The notes beneath the pieces are model-generated. The model saw only the letters and a program-made list of their open reading frames with translations, made no database searches and was not told where the DNA came from. From a virus, in IMG/VR virus record IMGVR_UViG_3300012928_003129, positions 12,182 through 76,181 of that record: DNA of 64,000 nt. One strand, written 5' to 3'. Below, one piece after another: positions 37,627 through 48,336 of this stretch; position 1 is the stretch's first letter; every line of letters starts with the position of its first letter. The translations under genes and the position numbers were made by a program.

Positions 37627-40600
37627 ATGCCATCAAGATTAGAAGAAATATTCATCATAACATCAAATACAGATTATTTGCCTTTCTTTACCAGGCACTT
37701 TGGTGAAAACGGTCGTGATATAGCAGCAGTAAAGTTGGCCCTTGGAACTGCTTACACAACAACCCTAGATGGAGAGGTACCAGAGGATAACACTATTGGT
37801 ACCTCATGGTTTCAATGCGGTTCAGACGGTGAAATATCTGCGCATAAGTTAAGGCAGTTTGATAAAAGATTAAAATTAGATCTGATGGCATTTCAAATGA
37901 AACATCACTTTGTAATTTTAAGTTATTATTTTGAAAAATATGCAGCATATGAAATACAAACACAACAAGAATTACCAGCAAAAGTTACGGCCTCTTTAGA
38001 TTTATTCGACGCTGAATTTGGAAGTATCGGAGAAGGGACACTTGCAGTTTTGCATGGTTGGCGACCAAATAGTGTAATATACAATGAGTCGTTTGTGACA
38101 GATTATGAAAGAATTCTGGATGAAGTACCCAAAGAAATTCATGAACTAATAGAAAGACAACTTATAACAACTCCAGACCCAGCAGTAATAGCTGATTTTA
38201 TAAAGTTTGCAAACCCAGCATATCAAGAGCATGCGGAATACTTTAATAACAACAACCACGCAGGCAAACAGCTTGCCTCAAGACTATCTCTTACATCACA
38301 AAACTCTCCTGTGTATGCAGTGTATAAGTCATTTTCAACATCTTCGAACATAAAGCAGAGCGCGCTTTATGTCGCAGCCACAAGCATTATGTCAAGCAAT
38401 GTTGAGAGGACACCTCAAGAGCTTTCGGTTTCAGATCGATTCCGGGCACTATCTCCAATGTTGGAGCCGGATCACTTGTCAGATCCAGATCCCTTCGACA
38501 TTAGTGTAGATAAGATAGGCTTCTTTGACAGAACTGAATTCACTTTAGAACAGTTACCAGATTTTTCGGATCCCTCTATTCATGATATTAGAAAAATGGA
38601 AGATCAAGCTTTTGCAAAAGTATTGGAGTTCTATAATAAACCTTTGGTGTGGAATATGCATGAGGACCTTCGAGATAATGATATTTTGGTTTTTGAAGAT
38701 GATGAATCCGAACAAGCATACCAAGAGGATAGGGAAAACTATAGAGTAACTACATTACATACAAGACAGAAATATGAAGTTGAAATTGATGGAACTGTTG
38801 CTTTTTATAAAAAGAATCTAAAATCTTTAAATTTAGATAGTCCCATAAAATTTATAGAATTCAGAACACCGTCCTTAAGGCCAGGAGACGTTTATAGGGC
38901 ATATTTTGAAATATCAAGAAGATTTATTGACAGAATCGAAACTGGTCTTTTTAGGTTTGACTTACAGCAAGCAGCCGCTATTTCGTCTTCAAATCAATCT
39001 GCTATGGACGATCTTCAAACAGAAGTAGAATCAACCTATTGTGCTGATTCCGAATCAACTGGAGAATTAGCAAAAATTAAATTTGAAAATTATAAAGCAT
39101 TTGCAATGAAAAAGAAGTTGGAGATTTCTAGAGAAATTAGAAACAAGTCCATTCTCGCCGCGGCCGGCAGAAATTTAGATGGTTCTAATTTGGACTTGGG
39201 AGTTTTTGGGAATATACCTGTGTTAAATCTTTTAGACGATGTGTCATATAATACTGATGATGTTCTTGCGCAAATAGGAACAGCAGCTTCAAATTATGTT
39301 AATCGAAAACTACCTCCAGCACCATCAAGTAATCCATTGTCCATTCATTTAAGCGATTTAGAGCTGGGAATAGCACAACTTGTAGACATGTTTAGGAGTG
39401 AGCAGGTAAGTAAAGATATTTCACAATTTAAAATAAAAAATTCAGTTTTAAAATTAGATCTAAATAAAGAGGCAGAATTATTATCGCCTTTGCCTGGTCT
39501 CATAAAATCTCTAATCTCTATTAATGAAACTTTCCGCGAAAGAGTAAAGAGTTCATCAAAAAGCATAGAAGATATACTAGAAGCAAAAAGGGAAAAACTA
39601 TTTTCAGGCTCTACTGGTACAAAAATATTAATTAAGTTTTCTGACGTTAATAATTCAGTTCAAATAACAGAAATATTTGTAGATTCATCTGATCCAAATG
39701 TTGGCAAAGTCAAGGTGTTCGCATCTGACGGATCCTATGAAAATTTGCAAGGACCTCTTACAAATTCACGAACCTTAAATTATTTAAAGAACATATACAA
39801 TTTGATACCACTAGGAATAGATAATTGGCAACAAGCATTGGAGCAGCTAGTAGGTCTTGGAAGTTCACCATGTGAAGATTCTGGGTCTCCAATTACTACT
39901 GGCGCCGGATTAATAATGAGATACACTATACATAGTGACGGTACACCAATGGAGTTCGAAAATGATGGGTCTCCCTACAACCCATCTCACGATTTTATTA
40001 ATGACCTCAAACAAAGAGAAGAGATAAAGAGAATTGGAGAAATTTTTGATAATGATCGAGAAAAAGACATATCTTGGGGTATTGATGAGGCTCTGCCTGT
40101 GGTGGGATCAGTATGCACTATAGATGAACTTTACAGGGACTTTATAAATAAAAAGAACCTCTCGAAGTTGTTGTGTGATTTTGTTGCTTGTGCGAACATT
40201 CCAGGGGTGAACATTCAGCTTCCAAACCTTAAATTGCCGGAGATACCTGACATACCAATATTTCAGTACTCAGGGTTGGACTTTTCGGAGCTTTTTGAAC
40301 AACTCGACGCATTGGCTTTGAGAATGGTTTGTGCAATTGTTAAAAATTTGTTAGATATTTTAAATTCACCACTGTGCAAAGAACAACTGGTAAGAGATTT
40401 ATATGGAGCAGCATCAGATACGAGCCCAGATATTAAAAGGGCTTTTGCATCTGCAATGGTAGAAACAGGAGTTTCCCCAGATAAAAATTCTAATGTTTCA
40501 AGCTTAATAGATGATTTGGTAAATTTCTTAACACCCAGAGAACTGTGTGCGCTGCTACAAGGTCAACCAGTCAATAGACAGGTATACAATATTATACAAA

Positions 40601-43600
40601 ACTTAGCAAAAAACTACAATCTAGAATCTGAACTTGACAGTAAGGAGAAGATACTAATTTTATTCGAATCAATAGGTATCTACATCCCAGAGAACATATG
40701 TAGCCGTCTAGCACAGACCGATAACTTATTAGGGACCCAAGGTTGCAGCGACACTTCTGATTTGTTAACAAGAATACGAAACGCTGCAACTAGGGGCGAG
40801 GTTGAAGAAAGTAGGGTCGCAGAAGCTGTCGCTCAAGTAGAAAAAAGTATCATGGATAAAACAAAAGCTTTTCAATTACTGACAGGAGAGATGAGTTTAC
40901 AGGACATGATACCAGAAGTCGATACTACAGAAATATCAAATAGTCCAGCGCTTCAGGAATCTTCAAAATTAGCATTAGAAGCATCCTTATCTGTCGTAAA
41001 AAGGAGCTATATATCTTCTTTAACTAATTTTACACCTTCCTTGTTTTTAGATATGTCATCGCTGGTGAATATAGATAGTGAAGAATACGATCCGATTGCT
41101 ACAATGAGGTTTTTGAGAGCTACTAATAATCTACAAAAGATTGCTACTTTTAACTTAGCAGACGTAGATTTCTCCAGACAAGGCTTGACTCTTTATTTAA
41201 GAAGAACTCTATTCCGTCTTTGTGATGATTATGAAAAAGTAAAATATAGAGACTTTGAAATCTATAAAAGTCAATTAAACCCAGTAAGTAGAGAGGAATT
41301 AACACAACCAGACGCCGCGCAACAGACAGCCAATAATAGACGAGAAAGCGCCCTCTCTCCAGGAAATGACACAGATCCGTATGCGGGCATAACAACACCC
41401 TTGAAGGGTTCTTTATTTTATGGAGAAGATCTTTCGAATGAACTCATTGATAGTGGAATAACTGGACTTTTAGGCTCACTTGCGGAACATGATCAAGCAT
41501 CTTTGTTGGACAATTCTTTGAGACTTGAATACGCTGCAATATTTGATTACTTGTTTCCTTTATTTTTAGAGGTCCCTCGCGACCCCACTGGTGAAAACCC
41601 CGGCTCAAAAACAGAAGTTGTTAATACATGGCCTAATTTAGATCCTTTTGCAGCTAATAGATTCCTCGGTAGCGTCGGTACCGCCGGCGCCGGAAATGAC
41701 GGCCACGGTGAAGACGAATCTAATAGGGCCTTGAATATATCTTATTTACAAGCTATTAAGAAAGTTATAGACAGGTACCAAAGAGATATTCAAGAGACAA
41801 TAGAGCCTGTTTTTAGAGTAGTTAGGGATAATAAATTTCTAGAAGTTATAAGAGATTTCTATAATATAGAACTGGAAGCACAAAGAGAAGAAAGAGAAGA
41901 GGATGAGGAAGATTTAGATATCGGAACAGTGCAGCTAATAAAAACATCTTTGATAACAGCTGGTCAAAGTGTGGTGCTAGAGCATCCCGCATTCGGCCTT
42001 ATGCAGACTGAGATGAACGATATAACATTAAATTCTTCAACTATAAGTAATCGAACAAGGATTGATGATGGGTTTTTTCTAGGAACAACTGAACAACCAA
42101 TCAATGAAATACTTTTATGTGAACAAGTTCCAGAGGAATATAGAGGACTTTTCAATCAAGGAACGCAAAACAACCCACTTAGAAGAAAGGTTTTCCAACA
42201 GCAAATAACTGACCAAGCAAAAAAATATTATTTGGATTATTTTTTAAACGGTATGCCTGATTTTGAGGACATTAATAATGTTGAAAATTTAGAGTCTTTG
42301 CACTTGGCACAATATGAGGAAGTCCTAGAGGGCACCATTGAACAATTGGTTTCTTATATGGGTGGTTCTAGATTATTTGAAGATACAGAATATTTGCAAA
42401 GATTAGATTCAAAACTAAGATCCAGACCGTACTTTTCGTCTGGAGATGGCACTGATGGTTGCGAAACCATTGGCTTGGTAAATGAAAGCGGCTTTTTATC
42501 ACAAGGTCCCGTAAAGTTTGATGATTTGGTAACAAATTTTTTCCCTGGTATGTATGCAAAAGAGTTAATGGATCCTAGAAATTCTATGTATAATCTGGAC
42601 TACTCAAAACCCGGCGCATTTGAAAAGGCCATAATCTCAACAATATTAAGAGGCTACATCCGTGTAACTTGTTTGGAGGCTTTGATAAAAGGGGCTATTG
42701 CATACAGTACATGGGACATTGATTTTGTAAAATCAGATCCGTTATTTTTTGAATATATTTCAAGACTGGTAGAAAACTCTATAGAAAATGAACAAGGCTT
42801 CCAAAGGTATCCTATTTTGCTCGACGAAGCATTTTCAAAAATTGCTAATACAAACAACCGCCCGGTTGCTATAAGAAGCATAATCAGAAAAGAGTTAGAT
42901 AGTTATGTTGGTGTTTTATCAAAAATTTTATTTGAAAACAAGGTTGATGTAGATTACAACAACTGGTTTCTAAATAAAATGCAGCTAGTAAATGCACCCT
43001 ACAAAAGAACTACGGACCATCAGTGGGTTTCTGAGCTTGTGGAATCTGATATAAATCAATATCGGAAAAATTCATTCACTTACTTGGAGAGGTATATAAG
43101 AACAAACGGCCGCTTTGAGTTAACCCTTGGTCCTATGCCTGGTCTAGCAGAAAGACAAAGACAAGCGTTATTTGACTTTATTGGGTACCCAACTAACTCG
43201 ATTGGGCTTCCATATCATCATTCTCTCGTATGGAAGCTATATCAAGAATTACAAGTACCTTTAAAGCTTGATATACCAACAGAAGAGGAATTATTGGGCT
43301 TTGAAATAGGAGATGATAATAATATTCAAGAAACTACATCAATTATTGAAGACCCCGATCAATGGCCAGAAAAAGAATTATGGTCTCTTGAAGATTTTTC
43401 TAGTCTACTTTCTGGCATATATGCCAACAACATTGGTGTAGAAAGATTTGTTTTTCATTTGTTGAAAAAGTTTTATGACGTAGATGGTACACGGCCCTAT
43501 TGGCATGGTAAGCCAAAAAGTTTAAAAGAAAGAGCCCCAATAAGAATTATAAAAAGAAAGAGACAGTACTTTCGAATATCCGAAAATGATCTTTTCAGTT

Positions 43601-46600
43601 CAAAATTTAAAGAAGACTTTGAGCCAGTAGTTAAGGGTGAGTTCATCCCCGATGGTTCTGAGATGGTACCTCCTCAACCACGAACAAAAGATTCTGCACA
43701 ATATTATAATACTATTTCTGGCGAACACCTTGGTGGCGCGCGCCATTCATCTGACGGCTCAATTAGTATATCAGAAACCATTGAATATGAACCTAGGCAT
43801 TATATACTCGCTACAAACCCAGAATCTTTCCAAGATGACGGCTTCAGACCGCACCAAACATACGCCCCTCGCGCCCGTTACGGCGGCGGCAGCGCCGGCG
43901 AAGGCGTATTCGGCCAGTTCAATGCTCCATCGCGTGGATTGTCCCCGTCTGTTAATGTAAATAATTCTGTTTGGGAATCGATGCCAGAGGTGCTAGAGGA
44001 AAATCTAACTGTTGATAGTATACATGTTTTAGCCGGAGGCTCGGAGTCTTTTGTGCCACAGGCAATTAGATCCAAAAATGTTTTTATAAACAAGGCAGGA
44101 AAAATAACTCAAGAGCAGTACGACAATATATCTGATATTCTTCGCGATGATATAGAGGAAGAAATTTGGGAAGAATATATCATTGATTTAACAGATTATG
44201 CATCTCCTATCTTCACTCAACCGGGAGAATCTGGCTATAATCCAGTTGAGGAACTTTCCGAAGGTCAGAAAACCTCACTGGGTAATCGCCTTCAAGAAGC
44301 GTTACGGCTTATCCCCAAACGAGGCGATGATCTGGGCCCAAGGTACGACGAACAAAGAAACATAGTAATTTGGGACCAATGCGGAACAGGAGAAGAGCCT
44401 AATCCCCCAACACCGCAACCATCACAGGTCTTAAGGACAACTACAGACACACTATGCACAGACTCTGGCATGCCATCTGTTACAACAGCCGCTCCAGTAA
44501 GAGGAATCGGCTTTATCAGTAAAGAAGACGGCCTGGAAGATGCCCCTACCGGTATTGGTGTTCCTATCCCATCTGCTGGTTATGCATATTATGATAATAA
44601 CCTGTCGCTCGATTTTCAGCCCGGAGTCGCGGCACAGATAGACGGCTCCCGGGAAATCGACTTGGGGATATATGTTTTAAATGAAAAATCACAACATATC
44701 ATTGGTGAGAACGAATACAAAATACCACTGAGACTACTAATAACACAAGTAAAAGATTCTAGTGGAAATATAAAGGAGTGTTTCGTTAGGTACCTTATTC
44801 CAGAAGTGGCCACCTTTGGGAAAGAAGATGAATCCGGAAAGCGCGCTGAGTATTTGAAAGAGGCAACTTCTGAGGCGATAGGATCATATATAGATTTTCA
44901 CCATGACGCGTTTCAGAGGTTAGAGTTTGATGATAACTTAGCCGCGGAAAGAATGAGAACCTGGAACAACTGGTCCCGCGCTACCGCAGATGTCAGCCAA
45001 GACCCAAATACCGATCTCGAACGAAACATGTGGCGCCACTTTGCGGTAAACTGGGCAATGGGAAGAAGAACTGACCAAAGAGAACAAACCGGCGGTGCAG
45101 TCCCAGTGTTCTTAAGGTCGCAACGCTTCATGGGCGCCGGCAGAAACTCGATGGGTTGTGCTGTGCTCACTACAGAAAAGATATGGTCACAAGCTTCAAA
45201 TAAAGAAGCTAGAGCAAATACAGGGCATTTTGCAATTGATGCAAATGAAGATGAACATTCAGTTTTTGATGAATTTTTCAAATATAATCCTGGACATTTA
45301 CTTAGAAGAGAACAACCTGATCTTGGAGTTATCGGAAATGATATTAATCAGTTTATAGCAAGGTTCAAAAATTCACAGCCCGACAGCATCGATGCGACTG
45401 AAGAACAACAAGAGCTTTTAGCAAGAAAATATTTCAGCTATGCCCAAGCTTCACGGCATCATTTTTATCAGAAAAGTGTTTCGTCAATATTGGAAAGTCG
45501 TGATGAATCCGTCCTATCAATAGGAAACTTGGTGTCATGGTTTTCCCAACGTCGCGTGGATGGTTTTTATGGGGCAACGTCTAAGGATGTCAAAGGCCCA
45601 TTTTCAAAAACAAGCCAACAAAGAGGAATTACTTGTAATCCTGCAGGAGAACTTGCTACAAATCAAACCAACCTGGAGAAAACAGTTTACAGGACAGAGG
45701 CGGCAGATTATGATTGTGGCCCATCTTTATTCTATGGAGATAACAGAAACCTGCCAGAATTTTTTATATCCGAAGCTGCACGCCGATTAAAAGACAACGG
45801 CATGCCCGATACACTTAACAACTTTACTCTCAACAGTGTGATTCGAGGCTATAGAAATCAAAATGCTTACAAAGTTAATGTATCTACTTTTAGAGATCTC
45901 ACCACCGGTGGCGATATAGGGGTACTACACACGACCGTCAATATGAATGAGGACTATCAGGCTCGGCTTGAAAAAAAGAAAACTTTGGTAACTTTACACT
46001 CAAACCCCCAGGATGTAGCGATTGGATTGAATGAACTGGATCGCCGCATGGGGTCTACCGATAATCCTCTTGAGCCCAATAATAACGGAACAATATCGCT
46101 TGGCGGTGGTGGTTTTGATCAGATTGCTGAAAATGAATTTGAAATGCCCGTTGCCCCCAATGGCGGTGGCCACCACTTTGTTAAAATATCACAAGATCAA
46201 GAATCTTCATATAACTTATCTCCAGTGTACTCAGACCGACCTACAATGTTGATAGATGGTATTTTTCACAATCCAAAGATCGATGATTTGTTTGACCCGT
46301 GGTACCAGCGACACCAATCCGAAAATCTCCGCGACACGCAACCAGCAAGATATTATAGTAGTAATGACACTCTTATAAGTGAAATTGATAACGCATCTAA
46401 ATTTTTACAAGAAGCGGGAAATTTCAATAATCCGGTTACACGACAATATTTAGAAACAATCATCGACCGCTATTCTGAGAACTTTAATGATGCGCTGAGA
46501 TATGCGGATATATTATTGGAAGAGCTTTCAAAATTACTCTCAGGCATTGATCCTAGAGCCGCAGAGTTGGTATCTCAACTTGATGCACGACACGGTATAA

Positions 46601-47853
46601 GGTTAAATCTTGTACTAGATCATGATTTGAAAACTTCAGATAATTCAATTTTATCACCAGCTAGATTTATAGAGAAATTGTTTTCTGAAGATACTGAAAT
46701 AGGTGAAGAAGAAAGAACTGGAAGGATATTTTATGAAAAATCTAGCTCTGAAGATGAAGATGAAACATCGTATGAAAAGTACATTTCTATACCAATAGCG
46801 AGTCACGAAATGGAATTGCGTACATCAGACATATGTATACCAAACGCGCTAACTACATTTGAAGATATTAAAAATACTATAATTGCAAGAGACCCAATTA
46901 TGCTAACAGGCCTCTCTAAAGAACAAAAGTTTAAATCTTTCTATGAATTTGGAATACCTTATAGACGACTGGCTTCGCTATTGACAGTACATAGTACATC
47001 AATGTTGGCAGGATACAACACCATGCCTTCAGTTTTGACTTCTACAAAATCTTCTTTGGCTTCAGTATTTTTGGTAATGGCTCAGCGAGACAATTTTGAA
47101 GCATCAATGGGCAAGCAATTTGGGACAAATTTCAATAATGCAGATATATTAAGTGCACTTGGGGAGCAGTTTCCCGCCGGCGGTGAGCCACCAGATTGCT
47201 TTAATTTAGATGGTCTGAATGGGGATTGGTTTAAATTGATAGGGGAAATGGTAGCGAACTTTATAAAATATTTCCCATCAGTAATTTTTAGAGGAGTCGC
47301 TGATCAGTTGGATCCCGCATACAAAGAAATGAAAAGTCACTTTTATGCCTGTGAAATACCTAGATTGAATCAATCATCTTTAGGTTTCCGCGGCGGGGAA
47401 GATAAAACTCCTTTTGGTTTGAGAGGAAAAACACCTGGTCAAAAAAGTTACATACCAGTGAATACCGGTTTTCCCATAGACTTGTCAATTGGGTTGGCCA
47501 GAATGTTGAATCCGTTTCAAACAGACGGTGGCGTATACTTAGGTAAATCCATAAACAGGCTGACATCATACGTCATAGGGGGTCCAGCTCAGTTGTTGGA
47601 CGGTAGCTATGCATTTCAGATTCCGTGTCAAGAAGCAAGTTCTGGAAGGTTTAGAGATTGGGAGAACGCCCCTTGGGCAAATATTGGGACATATGGTAGA
47701 TACGGGCACCCTTTAAGTTTATTTACTTTATTGGCGCTACCAACTTACGAGCTGCCAAGAGATAATGAATACAGAAACCAAGCCTGTACTAGAGAAAGGT
47801 TACGAGAAGATGGTATAGATCCTACAGCTATAGTTTGTTCTGATGAGGAATAA
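37627..47853 (+). CDS. giant (3408 aa) putative virion/baseplate protein
   Basis: Uninterrupted 10.2-kb ORF between spike-like and gp25-like genes; N-terminus resembles a peptidoglycan-binding domain. Confidence 0.7.
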   Translation: MPSRLEEIFIITSNTDYLPFFTRHFGENGRDIAAVKLALGTAYTTTLDGEVPEDNTIGTSWFQCGSDGEISAHKLRQFDKRLKLDLMAFQMKHHFVILSYYFEKYAAYEIQTQQELPAKVTASLDLFDAEFGSIGEGTLAVLHGWRPNSVIYNESFVTDYERILDEVPKEIHELIERQLITTPDPAVIADFIKFANPAYQEHAEYFNNNNHAGKQLASRLSLTSQNSPVYAVYKSFSTSSNIKQSALYVAATSIMSSNVERTPQELSVSDRFRALSPMLEPDHLSDPDPFDISVDKIGFFDRTEFTLEQLPDFSDPSIHDIRKMEDQAFAKVLEFYNKPLVWNMHEDLRDNDILVFEDDESEQAYQEDRENYRVTTLHTRQKYEVEIDGTVAFYKKNLKSLNLDSPIKFIEFRTPSLRPGDVYRAYFEISRRFIDRIETGLFRFDLQQAAAISSSNQSAMDDLQTEVESTYCADSESTGELAKIKFENYKAFAMKKKLEISREIRNKSILAAAGRNLDGSNLDLGVFGNIPVLNLLDDVSYNTDDVLAQIGTAASNYVNRKLPPAPSSNPLSIHLSDLELGIAQLVDMFRSEQVSKDISQFKIKNSVLKLDLNKEAELLSPLPGLIKSLISINETFRERVKSSSKSIEDILEAKREKLFSGSTGTKILIKFSDVNNSVQITEIFVDSSDPNVGKVKVFASDGSYENLQGPLTNSRTLNYLKNIYNLIPLGIDNWQQALEQLVGLGSSPCEDSGSPITTGAGLIMRYTIHSDGTPMEFENDGSPYNPSHDFINDLKQREEIKRIGEIFDNDREKDISWGIDEALPVVGSVCTIDELYRDFINKKNLSKLLCDFVACANIPGVNIQLPNLKLPEIPDIPIFQYSGLDFSELFEQLDALALRMVCAIVKNLLDILNSPLCKEQLVRDLYGAASDTSPDIKRAFASAMVETGVSPDKNSNVSSLIDDLVNFLTPRELCALLQGQPVNRQVYNIIQNLAKNYNLESELDSKEKILILFESIGIYIPENICSRLAQTDNLLGTQGCSDTSDLLTRIRNAATRGEVEESRVAEAVAQVEKSIMDKTKAFQLLTGEMSLQDMIPEVDTTEISNSPALQESSKLALEASLSVVKRSYISSLTNFTPSLFLDMSSLVNIDSEEYDPIATMRFLRATNNLQKIATFNLADVDFSRQGLTLYLRRTLFRLCDDYEKVKYRDFEIYKSQLNPVSREELTQPDAAQQTANNRRESALSPGNDTDPYAGITTPLKGSLFYGEDLSNELIDSGITGLLGSLAEHDQASLLDNSLRLEYAAIFDYLFPLFLEVPRDPTGENPGSKTEVVNTWPNLDPFAANRFLGSVGTAGAGNDGHGEDESNRALNISYLQAIKKVIDRYQRDIQETIEPVFRVVRDNKFLEVIRDFYNIELEAQREEREEDEEDLDIGTVQLIKTSLITAGQSVVLEHPAFGLMQTEMNDITLNSSTISNRTRIDDGFFLGTTEQPINEILLCEQVPEEYRGLFNQGTQNNPLRRKVFQQQITDQAKKYYLDYFLNGMPDFEDINNVENLESLHLAQYEEVLEGTIEQLVSYMGGSRLFEDTEYLQRLDSKLRSRPYFSSGDGTDGCETIGLVNESGFLSQGPVKFDDLVTNFFPGMYAKELMDPRNSMYNLDYSKPGAFEKAIISTILRGYIRVTCLEALIKGAIAYSTWDIDFVKSDPLFFEYISRLVENSIENEQGFQRYPILLDEAFSKIANTNNRPVAIRSIIRKELDSYVGVLSKILFENKVDVDYNNWFLNKMQLVNAPYKRTTDHQWVSELVESDINQYRKNSFTYLERYIRTNGRFELTLGPMPGLAERQRQALFDFIGYPTNSIGLPYHHSLVWKLYQELQVPLKLDIPTEEELLGFEIGDDNNIQETTSIIEDPDQWPEKELWSLEDFSSLLSGIYANNIGVERFVFHLLKKFYDVDGTRPYWHGKPKSLKERAPIRIIKRKRQYFRISENDLFSSKFKEDFEPVVKGEFIPDGSEMVPPQPRTKDSAQYYNTISGEHLGGARHSSDGSISISETIEYEPRHYILATNPESFQDDGFRPHQTYAPRARYGGGSAGEGVFGQFNAPSRGLSPSVNVNNSVWESMPEVLEENLTVDSIHVLAGGSESFVPQAIRSKNVFINKAGKITQEQYDNISDILRDDIEEEIWEEYIIDLTDYASPIFTQPGESGYNPVEELSEGQKTSLGNRLQEALRLIPKRGDDLGPRYDEQRNIVIWDQCGTGEEPNPPTPQPSQVLRTTTDTLCTDSGMPSVTTAAPVRGIGFISKEDGLEDAPTGIGVPIPSAGYAYYDNNLSLDFQPGVAAQIDGSREIDLGIYVLNEKSQHIIGENEYKIPLRLLITQVKDSSGNIKECFVRYLIPEVATFGKEDESGKRAEYLKEATSEAIGSYIDFHHDAFQRLEFDDNLAAERMRTWNNWSRATADVSQDPNTDLERNMWRHFAVNWAMGRRTDQREQTGGAVPVFLRSQRFMGAGRNSMGCAVLTTEKIWSQASNKEARANTGHFAIDANEDEHSVFDEFFKYNPGHLLRREQPDLGVIGNDINQFIARFKNSQPDSIDATEEQQELLARKYFSYAQASRHHFYQKSVSSILESRDESVLSIGNLVSWFSQRRVDGFYGATSKDVKGPFSKTSQQRGITCNPAGELATNQTNLEKTVYRTEAADYDCGPSLFYGDNRNLPEFFISEAARRLKDNGMPDTLNNFTLNSVIRGYRNQNAYKVNVSTFRDLTTGGDIGVLHTTVNMNEDYQARLEKKKTLVTLHSNPQDVAIGLNELDRRMGSTDNPLEPNNNGTISLGGGGFDQIAENEFEMPVAPNGGGHHFVKISQDQESSYNLSPVYSDRPTMLIDGIFHNPKIDDLFDPWYQRHQSENLRDTQPARYYSSNDTLISEIDNASKFLQEAGNFNNPVTRQYLETIIDRYSENFNDALRYADILLEELSKLLSGIDPRAAELVSQLDARHGIRLNLVLDHDLKTSDNSILSPARFIEKLFSEDTEIGEEERTGRIFYEKSSSEDEDETSYEKYISIPIASHEMELRTSDICIPNALTTFEDIKNTIIARDPIMLTGLSKEQKFKSFYEFGIPYRRLASLLTVHSTSMLAGYNTMPSVLTSTKSSLASVFLVMAQRDNFEASMGKQFGTNFNNADILSALGEQFPAGGEPPDCFNLDGLNGDWFKLIGEMVANFIKYFPSVIFRGVADQLDPAYKEMKSHFYACEIPRLNQSSLGFRGGEDKTPFGLRGKTPGQKSYIPVNTGFPIDLSIGLARMLNPFQTDGGVYLGKSINRLTSYVIGGPAQLLDGSYAFQIPCQEASSGRFRDWENAPWANIGTYGRYGHPLSLFTLLALPTYELPRDNEYRNQACTRERLREDGIDPTAIVCSDEE

Positions 47854-47863
47854 ACTAGAAGAT

Positions 47864-47871
47864 ACTATTTA
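47864..47871 (+). promoter_or_regulatory. putative late promoter ACTATTTA
   Basis: Recurrent motif in a 41-nt gap before the baseplate wedge gene. Confidence 0.55.
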
Positions 47872-47894
47872 TATTTAGAAAGAGGCTTATAACG

Positions 47895-48296
47895 ATGTTT
47901 CAACCTAGATACCCACTTAGCTTATCAGATCTTGAAGGCGCTTATGCCAGCATAAAAGATATTAAAGAGAATATAAAACAGAATGTAAAGTTTCTTTTAC
48001 TTACATCTGAAGGCGAGTGGCCCGGACGCCCAGAATTAGGGGTAGGTCTAAGAAGGTTTTTGTTTACAAATTATCCATCTCAAGATTTATTACTAATACA
48101 CAAAAAAATAAAAGATCAATTTGAAAAGTATATGCCATTTGTATCAATAAGATCAGAATTGATTGATAAAGACGAAAGAGGAGAAAGTTTTATAGATAGA
48201 AACGAAATCAAGCTTGTAGTTAGATATAGTGTTCCTTCAATAAATGTTGAAGATTATATGGTCTTCAATGTATCAGAGGGTACCCAAGCGCTGTAA
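47895..48296 (+). CDS. baseplate wedge subunit, T4 gp25-like
   Basis: IKQNVKFLLLTSEGEWPGRPELGVGLRRFLF...YMPFV. Confidence 0.88.
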   Translation: MFQPRYPLSLSDLEGAYASIKDIKENIKQNVKFLLLTSEGEWPGRPELGVGLRRFLFTNYPSQDLLLIHKKIKDQFEKYMPFVSIRSELIDKDERGESFIDRNEIKLVVRYSVPSINVEDYMVFNVSEGTQAL

Positions 48297-48336
48297 GTAG
48301 AAAACAGTTAACTAATTTATAAAAGAGAATAATAAG

